Positions 5,240 through 6,127 of a DNA stretch of 6,127 nucleotides are shown one piece after another. How positions within the stretch are numbered: position 1 is the first letter of the stretch; the number at the start of each line of letters is the position of its first letter. The notes beneath the pieces are model-generated. The model worked only from the letters and a program-made list of their open reading frames with translations, had not been told where the DNA came from and ran no database searches. The stretch lies in the UHGV virus genome UHGV-0207966; one strand, 5' to 3'. A program made the translations under genes and the position numbers. This stretch comes from a virus.

Positions 5240-6046
5240 TCATATCCGCATACGGCCCGGGCTGAACAGGGAGCGGTAAATTACAAACAGCAACGCAACC
5301 CCGGCAAAAAAAATCATAAGCCAATAATAAGTAGCCTCACTCTGGAGCATGGGATAACCCTCAAGGTCACTGTACACAATATAGTTATTGGCCTGGAGCC
5401 GGAAAGAACCTTCCGACCCAGAAGTCCAGGTATAATACCTGGAATCATAAGCAACATACTGCGCATCCTCAGCCGTGAACGTAGTACCGTTACAGACCAT
5501 ATCCTTTGCATAAACCAGACGGTAAGCGTACTGACCATGACGGAAAAGCACGTAATGGACGTTTCCCAGCTTTGGAAGCACATCAGACATATAAGTTACC
5601 ACCGTAGTAGAAATGGACGAATCATAGGGTGTATACGAACTGTAAACCACAGGGGAACTGATATTCATGATATTAGCTACCGTTTTCGCTTTGTTCCGTT
5701 CAGCATTAGAAGGACTAGCAATGCGAGCATTAGAGCCAGAAGCAATAGCAACATCCTCCATGTAATCATCATCCTCATCATCAGCCATATCATCCTCATA
5801 CTCATCACCCTCCGCTAACTCAGGATACAGGATTTCCATTATCTGCTGATACTGATCAAAATCCATATCCTCATCAGGGACACTGGAAAGCCATCCATTC
5901 ACATCATCCTGCGCAGCCTGAGGATATCCCTCAGGAGCCATAAAATCCTCCTCAGTGAGCGTATACTCACCCGCATAAGACCGAAAACAGTATAGAGCAC
6001 ACAGAACCAAACAAAGTAATACACAATACATCCTCCTCCATATCAT
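5240..6046 (-). CDS. 268-aa secreted protein with a strongly acidic N-terminal region and a C-terminal membrane anchor; second adsorption/minor-coat-like protein
   Basis: ATG with GAGGGGA 9 nt upstream. The signal peptide is MIWRRMYCVLLCLVLCALYCFRSYA. A D/E-rich tract spans aa 31-98 and includes DDMADDEDDDYMED. A Tyr-rich beta-type domain follows. The C-terminal TM is YYWLMIFFAGVALLFVIYRSLF, with a basic tail. Confidence 0.6.
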   Translation of the reverse strand: MIWRRMYCVLLCLVLCALYCFRSYAGEYTLTEEDFMAPEGYPQAAQDDVNGWLSSVPDEDMDFDQYQQIMEILYPELAEGDEYEDDMADDEDDDYMEDVAIASGSNARIASPSNAERNKAKTVANIMNISSPVVYSSYTPYDSSISTTVVTYMSDVLPKLGNVHYVLFRHGQYAYRLVYAKDMVCNGTTFTAEDAQYVAYDSRYYTWTSGSEGSFRLQANNYIVYSDLEGYPMLQSEATYYWLMIFFAGVALLFVIYRSLFSPGRMRI

Positions 6047-6061
6047 AAGCGCACATCCCCT

Positions 6062-6127
6062 CTAAAGGCCATCCCAAGGAACAATGTAACAATCCGCTGT
6101 CCCAGGGCAAAGACAATCGCATAAGGC
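6062..6127 (-). CDS. C-terminal 21 codons (…ALCDCLCPGTADCYIVPWDGL*) of an upstream gene that enters the window from beyond its end
   Basis: An open minus-strand frame runs from 6127 to a TAG at 6062..6064. That stop overlaps the Shine-Dalgarno of the 268-aa gene, so the arrangement looks coupled. Confidence 0.25.
   Translation of the reverse strand, partial: ALCDCLCPGTADCYIVPWDGL

Larger units (their letters stand above)
1..6127 (-). mobile_element. Filamentous-phage (inovirus-like) genome segment. Rep, coat, pIII-like, pVI-like and Zot-like ATPase genes are all present. The ends of the element are not in the window.
   Basis: This is a diagnostic gene set: a rolling-circle Rep, a pVIII-type coat with a terminator, a Zot/pI ATPase, and secreted C-terminally anchored proteins. 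Coding density is very high, with overlapping stop/start junctions. Confidence 0.6.

Noticed and set aside
5193-5245. Inverted repeat GGGACAT...ATGTCCC spanning the stop of the 268-aa gene
   Set aside because: The loop is about 28 nt and no U-run follows on either strand. It is too weak to call a terminator or regulatory hairpin.
5145-5324. 60-codon N-terminal extension of the 76-aa ORF
   Set aside because: It would overlap the upstream 268-aa gene by 85 nt in another frame and has no Shine-Dalgarno. The internal ATG has a perfect one.
5177-5818. 213-aa plus-strand ORF and 89-aa minus-strand ORF at 5314..5583
   Set aside because: Both lie inside or antisense to the 268-aa secreted-protein gene. 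They have no start signals, and the low-complexity frame is a mirror effect of the acidic tract.
1-6127. CRISPR arrays, tRNA or rRNA genes, IS or transposase genes
   Set aside because: No regularly spaced direct repeats, no cloverleaf-compatible segments and no transposase-like ORFs were seen. The only mobile signal is the phage gene set itself.

Overview
The window reads as one compact, densely coding block from a filamentous ssDNA phage (inovirus-like), either a prophage or a replicative form. Strong AAGGAGG- or GGGGGTGA-type Shine-Dalgarno sites precede almost every gene, and the sequence is AT-leaning, which points to a Firmicutes-like host. Nearly all genes are on the minus strand. From high to low coordinate they are: a C-terminal tail of an upstream gene; a 268-aa secreted protein with a C-terminal membrane anchor; a 76-aa cytoplasmic protein; a 464-aa pIII-like secreted, C-terminally anchored protein; a 90-aa polytopic pVI-like membrane protein coupled to it; an intergenic GC-rich hairpin; a 275-aa rolling-circle Rep with HUH and YxxKYxxK motifs; and a 56-aa membrane protein with a basic tail. 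A divergent plus-strand module follows, made of a ribbon-helix-helix regulator and a 26-aa hydrophobic peptide. The minus strand then carries a promoter, a 77-aa soluble protein in the gene-V position, a 95-aa signal-peptide-bearing pVIII-type major coat precursor and a textbook intrinsic terminator. Last comes a 222-aa Zot/pI-family P-loop assembly ATPase that lacks any membrane segment, and the first codons of a coupled downstream gene. There are no rRNA, tRNA or CRISPR features. The unusual points are the pIII/pVI module sitting upstream of rep, two apparently paralogous adsorption-like proteins, a split or truncated pI, and a regulator/micro-peptide cassette with structured RNA elements. 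All functional calls rest on by-eye motif and architecture reading and were not checked by database search.
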